Assembly: GCA_045636065.1 (NCBI GenBank)
Contig: JAZTWW010000036.1
Span: 5,404 to 69,403, forward strand
DNA length: 64,000 nt
Source: Kiritimatiellia bacterium
GTDB lineage: Bacteria > Verrucomicrobiota > Kiritimatiellia > RFP12 > UBA1067
Direction of reading: 5' to 3'
Shown one piece after another: positions 9,001 to 16,981 of this stretch. The notes beneath the pieces were generated by a model that did no database searches, was not told the origin of the DNA, and saw only the letters and a program-made list of their open reading frames with translations. How positions within the stretch are numbered: position 1 is the first letter of the stretch; every line of letters begins with the position of its first letter. The position numbers were made by a program, and so were the translations under genes.

Positions 9001-10353
9001 GTTGATGTCCTCGGCGAGGCCCGGATCGGTGCAGACAACCTTCTCGCCGTCGAGAGAACCGCTTGCAAGGGGGATTTCGTCATACTTGCTCCAGTCGTCG
9101 CAGCCGACGGTCCATCCCTCCCAGTGGGCGGGAAGCGTCGAGGCGGGAGAGGAGCTGCCGGTCAGCTTGTATGTCCCATCGGTGACCGGTGCGCCGAAAT
9201 AGTACTGCGCATTTGCGGTCAACGTGTTGGCGACGCCAAGGCCCACAATGGTGTCCTTCCCGGCGGAGAGCGTCGCGCGGATCCTGTCGGGCGTATAGGC
9301 GGAGACGTTGAAGTTCATGGAGCCGACGGTATCGTCGCCTACCTTGCAGCGCACGAGCCAAAGGCCCGTCGGTGCGCTCGCCGGAATCTCCCAAGACGTA
9401 GAGGCGAATCCATTTTCATCGGTTGTAAGACGGACGGAGCCGAAACGGTCGCCTTTGGCGTCGTTAAGCACGAGGTCGACCGGCGCACCCGCGAGGACGC
9501 CAAGACCGGAGACTGGCGAATTCCTTACGAGCACGCTTGCGTCGAACCTCTCGCCAGGGCGGACGATGTCGCGACCTGCAAAGACGAACGCACGCGGCTC
9601 TGAGAATGTCGTCGGATCGGCAGCGCGGACGCTGTCGGCGGTCTGTCCCCAGCGCGAACCGACTTCGAGATACGATATGTCGCCGCCCGTGGTGACGAGA
9701 ACGCCGGAAGGCCTATCGCCCTTGGCGTCGTATTCCGGGGAGAATTCTATCCTGACGGCCCCGTTCTCGCCGGTGACGCCGCTGCCGGCCACCTGGTTGG
9801 CGCGGGTAAGGATGGCGACGTCGGCACCTTCGACGGGCCTGCCGGTGGAAAGGTTGCATACGCCAACGTATGCCGCCCTCTCGCCCGTACCGTCGACGGC
9901 GGCCGATACGCCAAGGTCCGTAAGAGCGATCATGCGCGAGGCGGTGACGGTCATCATGTCGTCGCTCCAGCTCCAGCGGCGCCTCTTCGCGTCCGTTTCC
10001 ACATATACGTTATAGAGCCCGGGCCGCACGTCGCCGATTATCGAGCCGATATCGAGCATGCGGGTGACGGCCTTGTCGTAGGGGGGCGGAAGCTGCACCT
10101 GCCGGCGGGCGATCTCGCGCATCCGATCGTACTCGTAGTACGACTCGCCCACTCCATACAAAGCGATGTTGTTGTCATACGCCTTTTTGACGATAATTTC
10201 AATATTTGTGACGCCTTCGGACTCAACTGGAAGTTTCATTCCTCTTGAAGCGGGAAGATACGGCCCGTTTACAAGGAATTCGAAAGACGGTTCGGCGGCG
10301 GCGGAAAGGGCCACGGCGGATGCGAAAACTGCTGGCAAAAGGAAATTTTTCAT
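6025..10353 (-). CDS. bacterial alpha-2-macroglobulin family protein with thioester motif
   Basis: About 1,440 aa with a signal peptide (MKNFLLPAVFASAVALSAAA, no lipobox Cys). Thioester-type motif YPYGCLEQTAARAFPF (CxEQ). Start set at the internal ATG 10353. Confidence 0.85.
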   Translation of the reverse strand: MKNFLLPAVFASAVALSAAAEPSFEFLVNGPYLPASRGMKLPVESEGVTNIEIIVKKAYDNNIALYGVGESYYEYDRMREIARRQVQLPPPYDKAVTRMLDIGSIIGDVRPGLYNVYVETDAKRRRWSWSDDMMTVTASRMIALTDLGVSAAVDGTGERAAYVGVCNLSTGRPVEGADVAILTRANQVAGSGVTGENGAVRIEFSPEYDAKGDRPSGVLVTTGGDISYLEVGSRWGQTADSVRAADPTTFSEPRAFVFAGRDIVRPGERFDASVLVRNSPVSGLGVLAGAPVDLVLNDAKGDRFGSVRLTTDENGFASTSWEIPASAPTGLWLVRCKVGDDTVGSMNFNVSAYTPDRIRATLSAGKDTIVGLGVANTLTANAQYYFGAPVTDGTYKLTGSSSPASTLPAHWEGWTVGCDDWSKYDEIPLASGSLDGEKVVCTDPGLAEDINCHIPISTAYRFEVTPPSGRTVTAWSRVVTFPTDRFIGVREGSAFPGERARVFDMRLLSVESPAEASAPFTAAGGMTVEVKLEKKEWRHHYVKNGSSVRVEWVEESIAHPELSKVVSVPAGADLNSWSQRLVWSEEDLSSGCWRMTLSSSDGKLVTEKEFWHWKGDVSERSQSPASLMLESDSSSYLPGSRAAVTFRTGFSGRAYIAAGWKGLEETFSMKVEKGLNTIPLQIPADIKGAAYYVTVTLVTENAPKMKRLSGIARLEIDQSAVHRLKVGLAVPEKVEPGKPLDVAVTLFDAAGGLASGMVQILATDEGVLSLTGFESPDPYEHFYGFAYGLPYGTFDFYSLVYPELEILPNGEIGGDTLLASRLRKDGKTKARASVALVSAPVKVGPDGSATVRLDVPEDFSGELRVMAVASSPEAVGSKSRPVKVRSKIGVETLAPHFAAPGDSFNVKATLFNHDLPAGAYRCTMKCGSKAETFEGVLENGAQCTVELPVKLPGDFIGEMKVDAEFEMGGTVMHSSDTFVARPPRPAVEEVYYFLLAPGENPPLPALDRDWIDGEERIEEFTSPVATLSGAMDWLEGYPYGCLEQTAARAFPFLAAREIEALGLAKGTNILEEAAKRMEVAYANILSMKQYDGSYSMWPNGDDTWTEGTLFAKHLFAEAVAAGMLPQSAVERSDTWLKRIANRGGSAARANAAYATYILAVMGDESFLQPARNILASKESDRARFLAAAALVRGGYAAEGEAILAESLRSGAWRMGEYGGKARAAGFALYIAAKAGSRGEDLAPIVSALNLMVRKDSSAWGTTSDNAWAALGLATAGVRLPKEAVRLVKVVRTGVERNPATKNWPISVRRIYRNQNGDIVTSARKGDLLTAEISCNSTADIENAVICDLLPGGLEIEDSSLKTRATSSAGESKGGVTPWGHSEIRDDRWIWFGSLYSGTNYTLKYKVRAVTSGSFAVADVTVEDMYDPDMKGVSSTETRFSVE

Positions 10354-10433
10354 GGCGCAAAGTATATATGAAGACACGCCCCAAGTCAAGAGCGAGAAAT
10401 AAGAATTTTTTAACGGCTAAAACGCCCCGATTA

Positions 10434-11510
10434 TCAGGCGGAAAGAGCGGTTTTGAGGCGCTGGTCGAGGTCGGCCGACTGGAGGGCGTCGAGTACGCCC
10501 TGAAGATCACCCTCCACTATCCTGTCGAGGGAGTAGAGCGTAAGATCGATACGGTGGTCGGTAAGGCGGTTCTGGGGGAAATTGTATGTGCGGATGCGCT
10601 CGGACCGGTCGCCGCTGCCTCTCAGGCTCATCCTGTCGGCGCCGGCCTTCGCCTCCTCCTCGCGGCGCCTCTTGTCGAGGATGCGGGCCTTTAGGGTGGC
10701 AAGGCATTTCTCCTTGTTGCGCTGCTGGCTGCGCTCGTCCTGGCACTGTGCGACGAGACCGGTTGGAAGGTGCGTCATCCTTATGGCGGAATACGTGGTG
10801 TTGACGCCCTGCCCGCCATGGCCGCCAGCGCAGAAGATGTCTATCCTAAGATCCTTCTCGGGGATCTCGATATCGTCATCGTCCTCGTCGGCCTCGGGGA
10901 AGACTATTACGGTAGCGGCGCTGGTGTGGATGCGGCCCTGCGTTTCGGTTACGGGTATGCGCTGGACGCGGTGGCCGCCGCTTTCGAAGCGGAACGTACC
11001 GTACGCCCCTTCGCCCAGGACGGTGAAGATGACCTCCTTGTAGCCGCCGAGGTCGTTTTCGCTTTCGCTCATCACATTGAGTTTCCAGCCTCTCGCCTCG
11101 CAGTAGCGCGAATACATCCTGAAAAGGTCGCCCGCGAAAAGGGCCGCCTCGTCGCCGCCCGTTCCGGCGCGGATCTCGAAGACGGCATTGCGCCCTTCGA
11201 GGGGGTCTGGAGGAAGAAGCCCCGCCATGACCTGGCGTTCGGCCGCCGGAAGCTCGGCCTCTATCGCGGCGATCTCCTCCTGGGCCATGGCACCGAGTTC
11301 CGGATCGTCCACGAGCGCGCGGTTCCCTTCCAGGTCGTCGAGAAGCTTGAAGTACCGCTTTGTGGACGATTCCAGCTTCCTCAAGGCCGTATGCTCGCGT
11401 ACGATGGCGCGATACTTCGCACCATCCGCCATGACGGCGGGATCGCCCATGGCGTCTTCAACCTCTTTGAGACGCCCTAGCTTGGCCTCGATCTGTCCGC
11501 GCTCAACCAT
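10434..11510 (-). CDS. prfA: peptide chain release factor 1
   Basis: GGQ motif (GGHGGQGVNTTYSAIRMTHLPTG) and RF1-type PVT tripeptide (RIPVTETQGRIHTS). Confidence 0.93.
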   Translation of the reverse strand: MVERGQIEAKLGRLKEVEDAMGDPAVMADGAKYRAIVREHTALRKLESSTKRYFKLLDDLEGNRALVDDPELGAMAQEEIAAIEAELPAAERQVMAGLLPPDPLEGRNAVFEIRAGTGGDEAALFAGDLFRMYSRYCEARGWKLNVMSESENDLGGYKEVIFTVLGEGAYGTFRFESGGHRVQRIPVTETQGRIHTSAATVIVFPEADEDDDDIEIPEKDLRIDIFCAGGHGGQGVNTTYSAIRMTHLPTGLVAQCQDERSQQRNKEKCLATLKARILDKRRREEEAKAGADRMSLRGSGDRSERIRTYNFPQNRLTDHRIDLTLYSLDRIVEGDLQGVLDALQSADLDQRLKTALSA

Positions 11511-11524
11511 TGCCGCTATTCAAG

Positions 11525-11551
11525 AACATGCGAAAGGCCGGGAAGCTTCCT
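11525..11551 (-). terminator. possible intrinsic terminator or attenuator downstream of rpmE
   Basis: Minus-strand hairpin GGCCGGG-(13 nt)-CCCGGCC followed by UUUCGCAUGUUCUUG. The prfA start lies only 15 nt further on. Confidence 0.35.
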
Positions 11552-11599
11552 GCAACCCGGCCCTCCGCTCCTTCTGGTAGACGTACGATCTTGAAACGG

Positions 11600-11806
11600 C
11601 TACTTGGAGAACTTCGCGTAGCGCTTCTTGAACGTGTCGATACGGCCTTCCGTGTCGACGAGGGTCTTCTGCCCCGTGAAATACGGATGGCAGGCGGAGC
11701 AGGTGTTGACCTGCATCTCCTTCTTCGTGGAGCGGGTGTGGATGACGTTGCCGCACGCGCACGTGATCGTCGCGTCACCGTAGTTGGGATGGATTCCGTC
11801 TTTCAT
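11600..11806 (-). CDS. rpmE: 50S ribosomal protein L31 (Zn-binding type)
   Basis: [27 protein letters not shown]...[11 protein letters not shown]. Four Cys, consistent with type A L31. Confidence 0.93.
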   Translation of the reverse strand: MKDGIHPNYGDATITCACGNVIHTRSTKKEMQVNTCSACHPYFTGQKTLVDTEGRIDTFKKRYAKFSK

Positions 11807-11835
11807 CTTATGTGCCTTTCGAAAATTGAGCGCGT

Positions 11836-11864
11836 ATTATACATAATTTCGCCGCATTTGTCAA
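11836..11864 (-). promoter_or_regulatory. near-consensus sigma70-type promoter for rpmE: -35 TTGACA, 17-nt spacer, -10 TATAAT
   Basis: Minus strand: TTGACAaatgcggcgaaattatgTATAATacgcgc (TTGACA = plus 11859-11864, TATAAT = plus 11836-11841). About 30 nt upstream of the rpmE ATG. Confidence 0.55.
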
Positions 11865-11923
11865 TCCGGTTTTTAAGCGGCAAAATCGGCGTCACCCTGC
11901 CGGGCCGGCGATTGGTGCGGAAA

Positions 11924-12000
11924 TGGTGGATCCTGAGGGACTCGAACCCCCAACCTACGGAGTATGAGACCGCAGCTCTAACCAATTGAGCTAAGGATCC
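11924..12000 (-). tRNA. tRNA-Met (anticodon CAT; elongator type, could alternatively be tRNA-Ile2 if lysidinylated)
   Basis: 77-nt cloverleaf GGATCCT-TA-GCTC/AATTGGTTA/GAGC-T-GCGGT/CTCATAC/TCCGT-AGGTT-GGGGG/TTCGAGT/CCCTC-AGGATCC-A-CCA. 7-bp acceptor stem with G1-C72 (not initiator), U33, anticodon CAU, A37, encoded CCA. Confidence 0.85.
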
Positions 12001-12026
12001 ACTCGTCTGGGTTGCAGACGGCGCGT

Positions 12027-12055
12027 ATTATACCAAATATCGCCTGGACTTGCAA
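12027..12055 (-). promoter_or_regulatory. putative promoter upstream of the tRNA: -35 TTGCAA, 17-nt spacer, extended -10 TGGTATAAT
   Basis: Minus strand: TTGCAAgtccaggcgatattTGGTATAATacgcgc. The -10 is at plus 12027-12032, about 26 nt upstream of the mature tRNA 5' end. Confidence 0.5.
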
Positions 12056-12062
12056 GGGCGAA

Positions 12063-13526
12063 TCACTTGAACGAGATCACCTCCGTTACGGGCAGCGCGG
12101 CCGGGGACGTCTTCCTGATGAAGACCATGGAATTGCCCTCCGGTACGGGGATCCTAACCGACTGGGAACCGGCGAACACCTCGACTACGCCGCTAGCCGG
12201 GCGGTCGATGCGCGCAAACTTGACGTCCTTGGGAAGAGCGGTCCAGCTTCTGACGTCGGCTGCCGTGCAGCTGGCGGCATATGCGGCGGCCGAGGCCTGG
12301 GCGATCCTGAAGCCGAGCGCGGCGTTGCCGCTCGCGTTCTCGGCGGCGATGCCGAGGGCTATCTGCGCGCCGGTCCTCACCACGCAGCGGGTGACCTCGC
12401 GGGTGATCGCACCTCTAAGGTAGATGTCGTACTCGGTCTTGACGAGCCTGTCGATATCGGCAAGAAGCGTCATCTCCAGGGGGCCGGACGGAGTCGAGAC
12501 GGACCAGTTCAACGCGCCGTGCGAACGCTCCTTGAGAACGGGGAGCGCCATTCCGGCGTACATCACGTACCTGTTGGCGTAAGGAACGAGTATGAGCGGG
12601 AGCTTGAGCGACCACTCCTCGCGCTTGGGGCAGAGGCCGTCCTCGGCGTACACCCACACCTGGTTGACGGGCTGAACACCTGCGGCGCACTCGTTGGCAT
12701 CGCGGCGCGCGGGCGAATTGACGGGCAGCACTTCGGCGGCCTTCGAGAGGTCCGCCATGTCGCTGTCGCCGTTAAGCCAGCGGAAAGTGCCGATGACGTG
12801 CAGCGCGTAGGCGTTCACGTAGTCGCTCTTCGCGAGAGCGTCGATGTTGCCGGAGCGGCTCAGGTCGAAATTGCACTTTTCCTGGATCTGCACCCTCAAG
12901 GTGTCGTTGGCGAACGCCTTGGCGACTATATCGTCGCGGTTGCCCTGGGACTTGATCTTCTGCTTGCTCTCCTCGGCCGCGGCGCTTTCGCGGAGCTTCG
13001 CCTCGGAGGCGGCGATCTCTTTGCGCCTGTCGTCGAGCCAGCGCGACTGGTACGTGGAGGCGCGGTTGAACTCGATGCGCGCAAGCTCCTTGTTGTCGAC
13101 GCCGACACCCTGCGTGGAGGCGAAATCGATGCCCTTGTAGAGGCAGGTGAAGACGCGGTCAAGGCCGCCGCCGTCATAGCTGAACGAGGCGTCGTTGAGC
13201 ATCATGGCCTTGGTGGCCTGAGCGCCGCGCGCGAACACCGAAGTGGTGTCGTTCGCCGCAAAGAGGCGCTCTGCGATGTCGAACTGCCTTACGGAGTCCT
13301 CCTTGTTGCCGCCGATATGGTAGGCGGCACCGGAAAGGAGGCGCCAGAGAAGTTCATCCTCGTCGCCTTTGTCGGATTCGGCGAGCTTGGCCGTCTCCTG
13401 TGCAGGGACGGTGTACGATCCTATCGCAAGGCCGTTCTCGTAGTTCTGGAGGACCTTCTTGGTGGACGTGCAGCCCGCCGCGAGGACGGCGAGCGCCGTC
13501 CCCAGCGCAATTTCGCGCATTTTCAT
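12063..13526 (-). CDS. hypothetical lipoprotein
   Basis: Signal peptide with lipobox (ALAVLAAGC). No recognisable catalytic motif. Confidence 0.55.
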   Translation of the reverse strand: MKMREIALGTALAVLAAGCTSTKKVLQNYENGLAIGSYTVPAQETAKLAESDKGDEDELLWRLLSGAAYHIGGNKEDSVRQFDIAERLFAANDTTSVFARGAQATKAMMLNDASFSYDGGGLDRVFTCLYKGIDFASTQGVGVDNKELARIEFNRASTYQSRWLDDRRKEIAASEAKLRESAAAEESKQKIKSQGNRDDIVAKAFANDTLRVQIQEKCNFDLSRSGNIDALAKSDYVNAYALHVIGTFRWLNGDSDMADLSKAAEVLPVNSPARRDANECAAGVQPVNQVWVYAEDGLCPKREEWSLKLPLILVPYANRYVMYAGMALPVLKERSHGALNWSVSTPSGPLEMTLLADIDRLVKTEYDIYLRGAITREVTRCVVRTGAQIALGIAAENASGNAALGFRIAQASAAAYAASCTAADVRSWTALPKDVKFARIDRPASGVVEVFAGSQSVRIPVPEGNSMVFIRKTSPAALPVTEVISFK

Positions 13527-13546
13527 GGATTACCCCTTGCTGCGGC

Positions 13547-14115
13547 TTACCAGCCGGCGTTGAGGATCGGCATGTCGATGCCGCAGCGGTTGAAGTTCAG
13601 AAGGCCGATCTGGACGCCTTCAAGCCTCTCGGCGATGTTGACGAGGCCGATATTGAGGCTGTTCTGGACCTCGCAGCTGTTCACAAGGCCGATCTGGATG
13701 CCGCGCATGCGCCCGTCGACCTCGTTGATAAGGCCAATCTGGATGCCGTCGGCATCGTGCTCGGTGTAGTTGCCGAAGACGTTTACGCCAATGCCGGCGA
13801 AGACGTCGCTCCACCCGAAGAGACCGGCGTCGATGCCGTACATCTCGCGGTTGGCGCCCCAGCCGAGGTTGAGCCTCAGGCCGCGAACATCCCACGACTC
13901 GCCCGGGGCGGACCAGGGAAGGATCGTAACGGAAAGGAACGTCTGTCCGCCGCCGTAGCCGTAGCCTGTTTCGACCGTTCTAGGCGCGTATGCGACGTTG
14001 ACGGGGGCGGTAGGGCCGTATCCGTGGTCGTTCGCGACGCCGGAGTACGGGGTGAGAACCTGGGCTTCAATGGCGGCCGCGAATACGGCAGCTGCCACGG
14101 CGATCATCTTTTTCA
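13547..14115 (-). CDS. secreted repeat protein with tandem (I/V)QIGL(I/V)N repeats
   Basis: Signal peptide (MIAVAAAVFAAAIEA), a Gly/Tyr-rich region, then four repeats GIQIGLINEV / GIQIGLVNSC / SLNIGLVNIA / GVQIGLLNFN. GGAGG RBS and a TTTGGTATAAT -10 upstream. The start (GTG or ATG) is approximate. Confidence 0.55.
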
Positions 14116-14160
14116 CTGTCTTTCTCCTTCCATGCACGCGGAAGCCCACTTTGGCCAACC

Positions 14161-14200
14161 GCGCCATAATTATACCAAAATCACACCTTGCCGCACAAGC
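14161..14200 (-). promoter_or_regulatory. putative extended -10 promoter (TTTGGTATAAT) for the 13547-14115 gene
   Basis: Minus strand gtgaTTTTGGTATAATtatg. The -10 is at plus 14169-14174. Confidence 0.4.
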
Positions 14201-14208
14201 GAAAAAGT

Positions 14209-15723
14209 TCAATCGGTCCAGAACTTGAGCCACTCGGTGACGAGCAGCTTCGTCATGTCGCCGTTGAAGACGAGGCGCGTAGCATCAAGCATGCTGCGGG
14301 TATCGACAAGAGTCTTGAGATAGCGCGCCCTCACACCCTCGAACGGACGGTTCCGCACCTTGGGCGCCCCCTTCTCGAGGAAATACGCGATGCTCCACGC
14401 AAGGCGGTACTTTAGCGACCTCGCCTCGTCGCTTCCGTCGTAGAACTGGCGGTAGTCCATAAGCATCAGCGCAGGGATGAGCCCGGCGAGCGATTCGGCG
14501 TTCGTGCGGATGAACAGGGCCGCATCATCGTCCATCTCAACCTCCACGCCGCCCTCGCCGTCGAACGAAACGCGCTCGAACATCTCCGCATGGCCCTCGT
14601 TGAACCAGGGGCTCGCCTGTGCGAATGCGCAGGCGTAGGCGAGATACTGATGGAACGCCTCGTGGCGGAGCGTCCTTTCAAGCGAAGCCGCCTCGCCCGG
14701 CGGGAGCCACGCCGCAAGCTCGCGATGGACGGGATCCCACTGGCCCGCGCTCCATTCGGCGTCGCCTCCGACATACATGAGATACTCCTCGCGCGTCGCA
14801 AAAAGCCGCATCGAGGCGATGGAATCCTTTATGTCCAAGGGGCTTGGGGCGCTCTTGGCGAACGCCTCCCTCAAAATGGGAAGCTCGTTCGTGATGGCCG
14901 ATACAAGAGGCGCGCCTATCACGGGATCGATATCGTCGAGGATGCTGAGAGATCCGGTCTCGGCGGCGTGCCACTCATCATAGGCCGCAACGCTCCGCCT
15001 GCGGTCGAACTTGAGAAGCTCGCCCTCGGTGGCGTCCTTTCCGGGCGGCACGGCCATCGACCCGGCGCCTCCCACGATACCGTCAAGGAAGTCCTCGTCC
15101 CATCTGGCTCTGGCCTCCTCCATCCTGACGCCCTCGCCAGGTTCGAGGCTCGCCATCCACCAGCCGCCGTAATCGCCCTTCTCCTTAATCTTGAAGCACC
15201 ACGCCCAGACGAGGGCATCACCATCGAGCGCGGGGTATTCGACGAGCGCATCGAAGTTCCGCCTCTGGCTGCGGCGCGGCTTCACGGGGGCGGAGAGGTC
15301 TACGGGCGAAAGCGCCTTGACGGCTTCGTCCCTCGCATGTTCGTCATCCCTGCCAAGCGCGACGCGCCTCGCAAGCCAGGCCCCGCGTTCGAGCGGCGGA
15401 ATGGATGGATCGGACGGAAGCCGCACATCGAGGCGCGCGAGCGTGAGAACGGTCCCGTCGGCGTCGATCCACCTGCCGACGACGCTTTGGCCCGTCCACA
15501 GATCTAGGACGCTGTACCTGTCGACTATGCGCCTATCCTCGCCATCTCGCGAGACGAGATAGCTCTCGGCGTCCGGCATCTCAAGGGGCAGAGGCTCGCC
15601 GCCTTTGAGAAGCGGGACGGCTATGGCCGATCCCTCCAGCTCCACTGCGGGCGTGAACCTCAGCGCGGCGTACGCGCTACTGGTCAAGGCTAGGGCGGCC
15701 AATATGAACGCACTGGAACGCAT
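14209..15723 (-). CDS. secreted putative zinc-metallopeptidase-like protein (HExxH; DUF1570-like)
   Basis: Signal peptide (MRSSAFILAALALTSSAYA). HEAFHQY followed 18 residues later by NEGHAEMFE (gluzincin-like third-ligand spacing). Confidence 0.55.
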   Translation of the reverse strand: MRSSAFILAALALTSSAYAALRFTPAVELEGSAIAVPLLKGGEPLPLEMPDAESYLVSRDGEDRRIVDRYSVLDLWTGQSVVGRWIDADGTVLTLARLDVRLPSDPSIPPLERGAWLARRVALGRDDEHARDEAVKALSPVDLSAPVKPRRSQRRNFDALVEYPALDGDALVWAWCFKIKEKGDYGGWWMASLEPGEGVRMEEARARWDEDFLDGIVGGAGSMAVPPGKDATEGELLKFDRRRSVAAYDEWHAAETGSLSILDDIDPVIGAPLVSAITNELPILREAFAKSAPSPLDIKDSIASMRLFATREEYLMYVGGDAEWSAGQWDPVHRELAAWLPPGEAASLERTLRHEAFHQYLAYACAFAQASPWFNEGHAEMFERVSFDGEGGVEVEMDDDAALFIRTNAESLAGLIPALMLMDYRQFYDGSDEARSLKYRLAWSIAYFLEKGAPKVRNRPFEGVRARYLKTLVDTRSMLDATRLVFNGDMTKLLVTEWLKFWTD

Positions 15724-16981
15724 ACGAGAAGACGCTTCCGAGAAGTATTATCTGCCAGCTGACGTAGAGCCAGGCGAGGAGGATCGGGAAGAACGCGAAG
15801 GAGCCGTAGAGGGCGTTCGAGTTCGCCACGCCCACCTGGGCGACGGCGCAGAGCTTCAACCATCCGAAGAAGAGGAGCGATGTTATAAGCCCGCTCCTGA
15901 GCGCGGCCCTGGGCCTCACCTTCGTATTGGGCATGAAGAGGTAGAAGCATGCAAGGGCGAGCGACGCGAACACGTAGGAGAGCATGAAGCTGAAGAACTT
16001 CGACTGGATAAGCCCGATTATGAACGTTCCGACGACCTTCGTCATCTCAAGCTGTCCGAGGGCGAACTCGATGCAGCTTATGGCGAACTTCAGGATCGGC
16101 ACGGACAGGGCGCCTGCGATGAGAAGAGGCAGGACTATCGTTATGAAAACATAGAGGATGCACTGCTTCCAGAGGGGACGTGCCTTCTTTACGTACCATA
16201 TCTCGTTGCAGCTGTGCTCGACCATCGCGAGACTGGATATGACCGTCCAGACGAGCATCGCAAGGCCGACCCACCCGAGCGTATGGACGTTGAACTGGTC
16301 GATCTTGTCGAAAACGGTATTGGACATCTCGCGCAGCCTCGAACCGAGTTCGCGCGCGGCGTTCTTCCTGCCCGTCAGCTTGCGCTGCTCCTCGATCTCC
16401 TTGATGCGCGCAGCGAACCTTTCATCGGCAAGCGCAGTCGCCGCATCCTCGCCCGAAGCGGGATCCATCACGATGTTGTGCCCGTCAGGCTCTATCTCAG
16501 CTTTGATATCAAGATCCTTCTTCTCCCCCGCGCCACCTGCGGGGATGTCGCCGATCACGACCTCGTTGACAGGCTTGACCTCCTCCTTAGGGTCGTAGAA
16601 CCAGCTTCCTATGTTGTCAAGGAACCTCTCGGCGTTGCCGTCAGGGTTCTGGCCGTTCTCGATCTCGGATATGAGCGAATCTATCTGCCCGTTTATCTTG
16701 TTGCGGGCGAAATCGCCTGCGCCGAGCGTCCTTGCCAGGAGGAGGAGAAGGCAGAGGATCGGCACGAATGCGAGAAGCGAGTAGTACGTAAGCCCGGCCG
16801 CGTGAAGGCCGCACCTGCCGGTGACAAACCCCTTGCCGGCGAGCGTCATGAACCTGGTGAAATTGACTAGAGAGCGCTTTATGACGCCCATTTTCGATAC
16901 ATCGCTCTCCCAGATGCCCTCGCCGAGAAACGCGAACACCCTTTTCATCACAGCACCTATGCCGAAATCGAAGCCCATCAC
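15677..16981 (-). CDS. YihY/BrkB (virulence factor BrkB / RNase BN-like) family inner-membrane protein
   Basis: HAAGLTYYSLLAFVPIL signature and multiple TM segments. Confidence 0.8.
   Translation of the reverse strand: MMGFDFGIGAVMKRVFAFLGEGIWESDVSKMGVIKRSLVNFTRFMTLAGKGFVTGRCGLHAAGLTYYSLLAFVPILCLLLLLARTLGAGDFARNKINGQIDSLISEIENGQNPDGNAERFLDNIGSWFYDPKEEVKPVNEVVIGDIPAGGAGEKKDLDIKAEIEPDGHNIVMDPASGEDAATALADERFAARIKEIEEQRKLTGRKNAARELGSRLREMSNTVFDKIDQFNVHTLGWVGLAMLVWTVISSLAMVEHSCNEIWYVKKARPLWKQCILYVFITIVLPLLIAGALSVPILKFAISCIEFALGQLEMTKVVGTFIIGLIQSKFFSFMLSYVFASLALACFYLFMPNTKVRPRAALRSGLITSLLFFGWLKLCAVAQVGVANSNALYGSFAFFPILLAWLYVSWQIILLGSVFSYAFQCVHIGRPSLDQ

Noticed and set aside
10354-10433. TTGACT-17-TATACT promoter directly upstream of the A2M gene
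   Set aside because: Plausible, but the -10 ends only ~7 nt before the ATG (would imply a leaderless transcript), and the start codon choice is uncertain. Left as unlisted.
11924-12000. Initiator tRNA-fMet
   Set aside because: 1-72 is a G-C pair, and the three consecutive G-C pairs of the anticodon stem are not all present.
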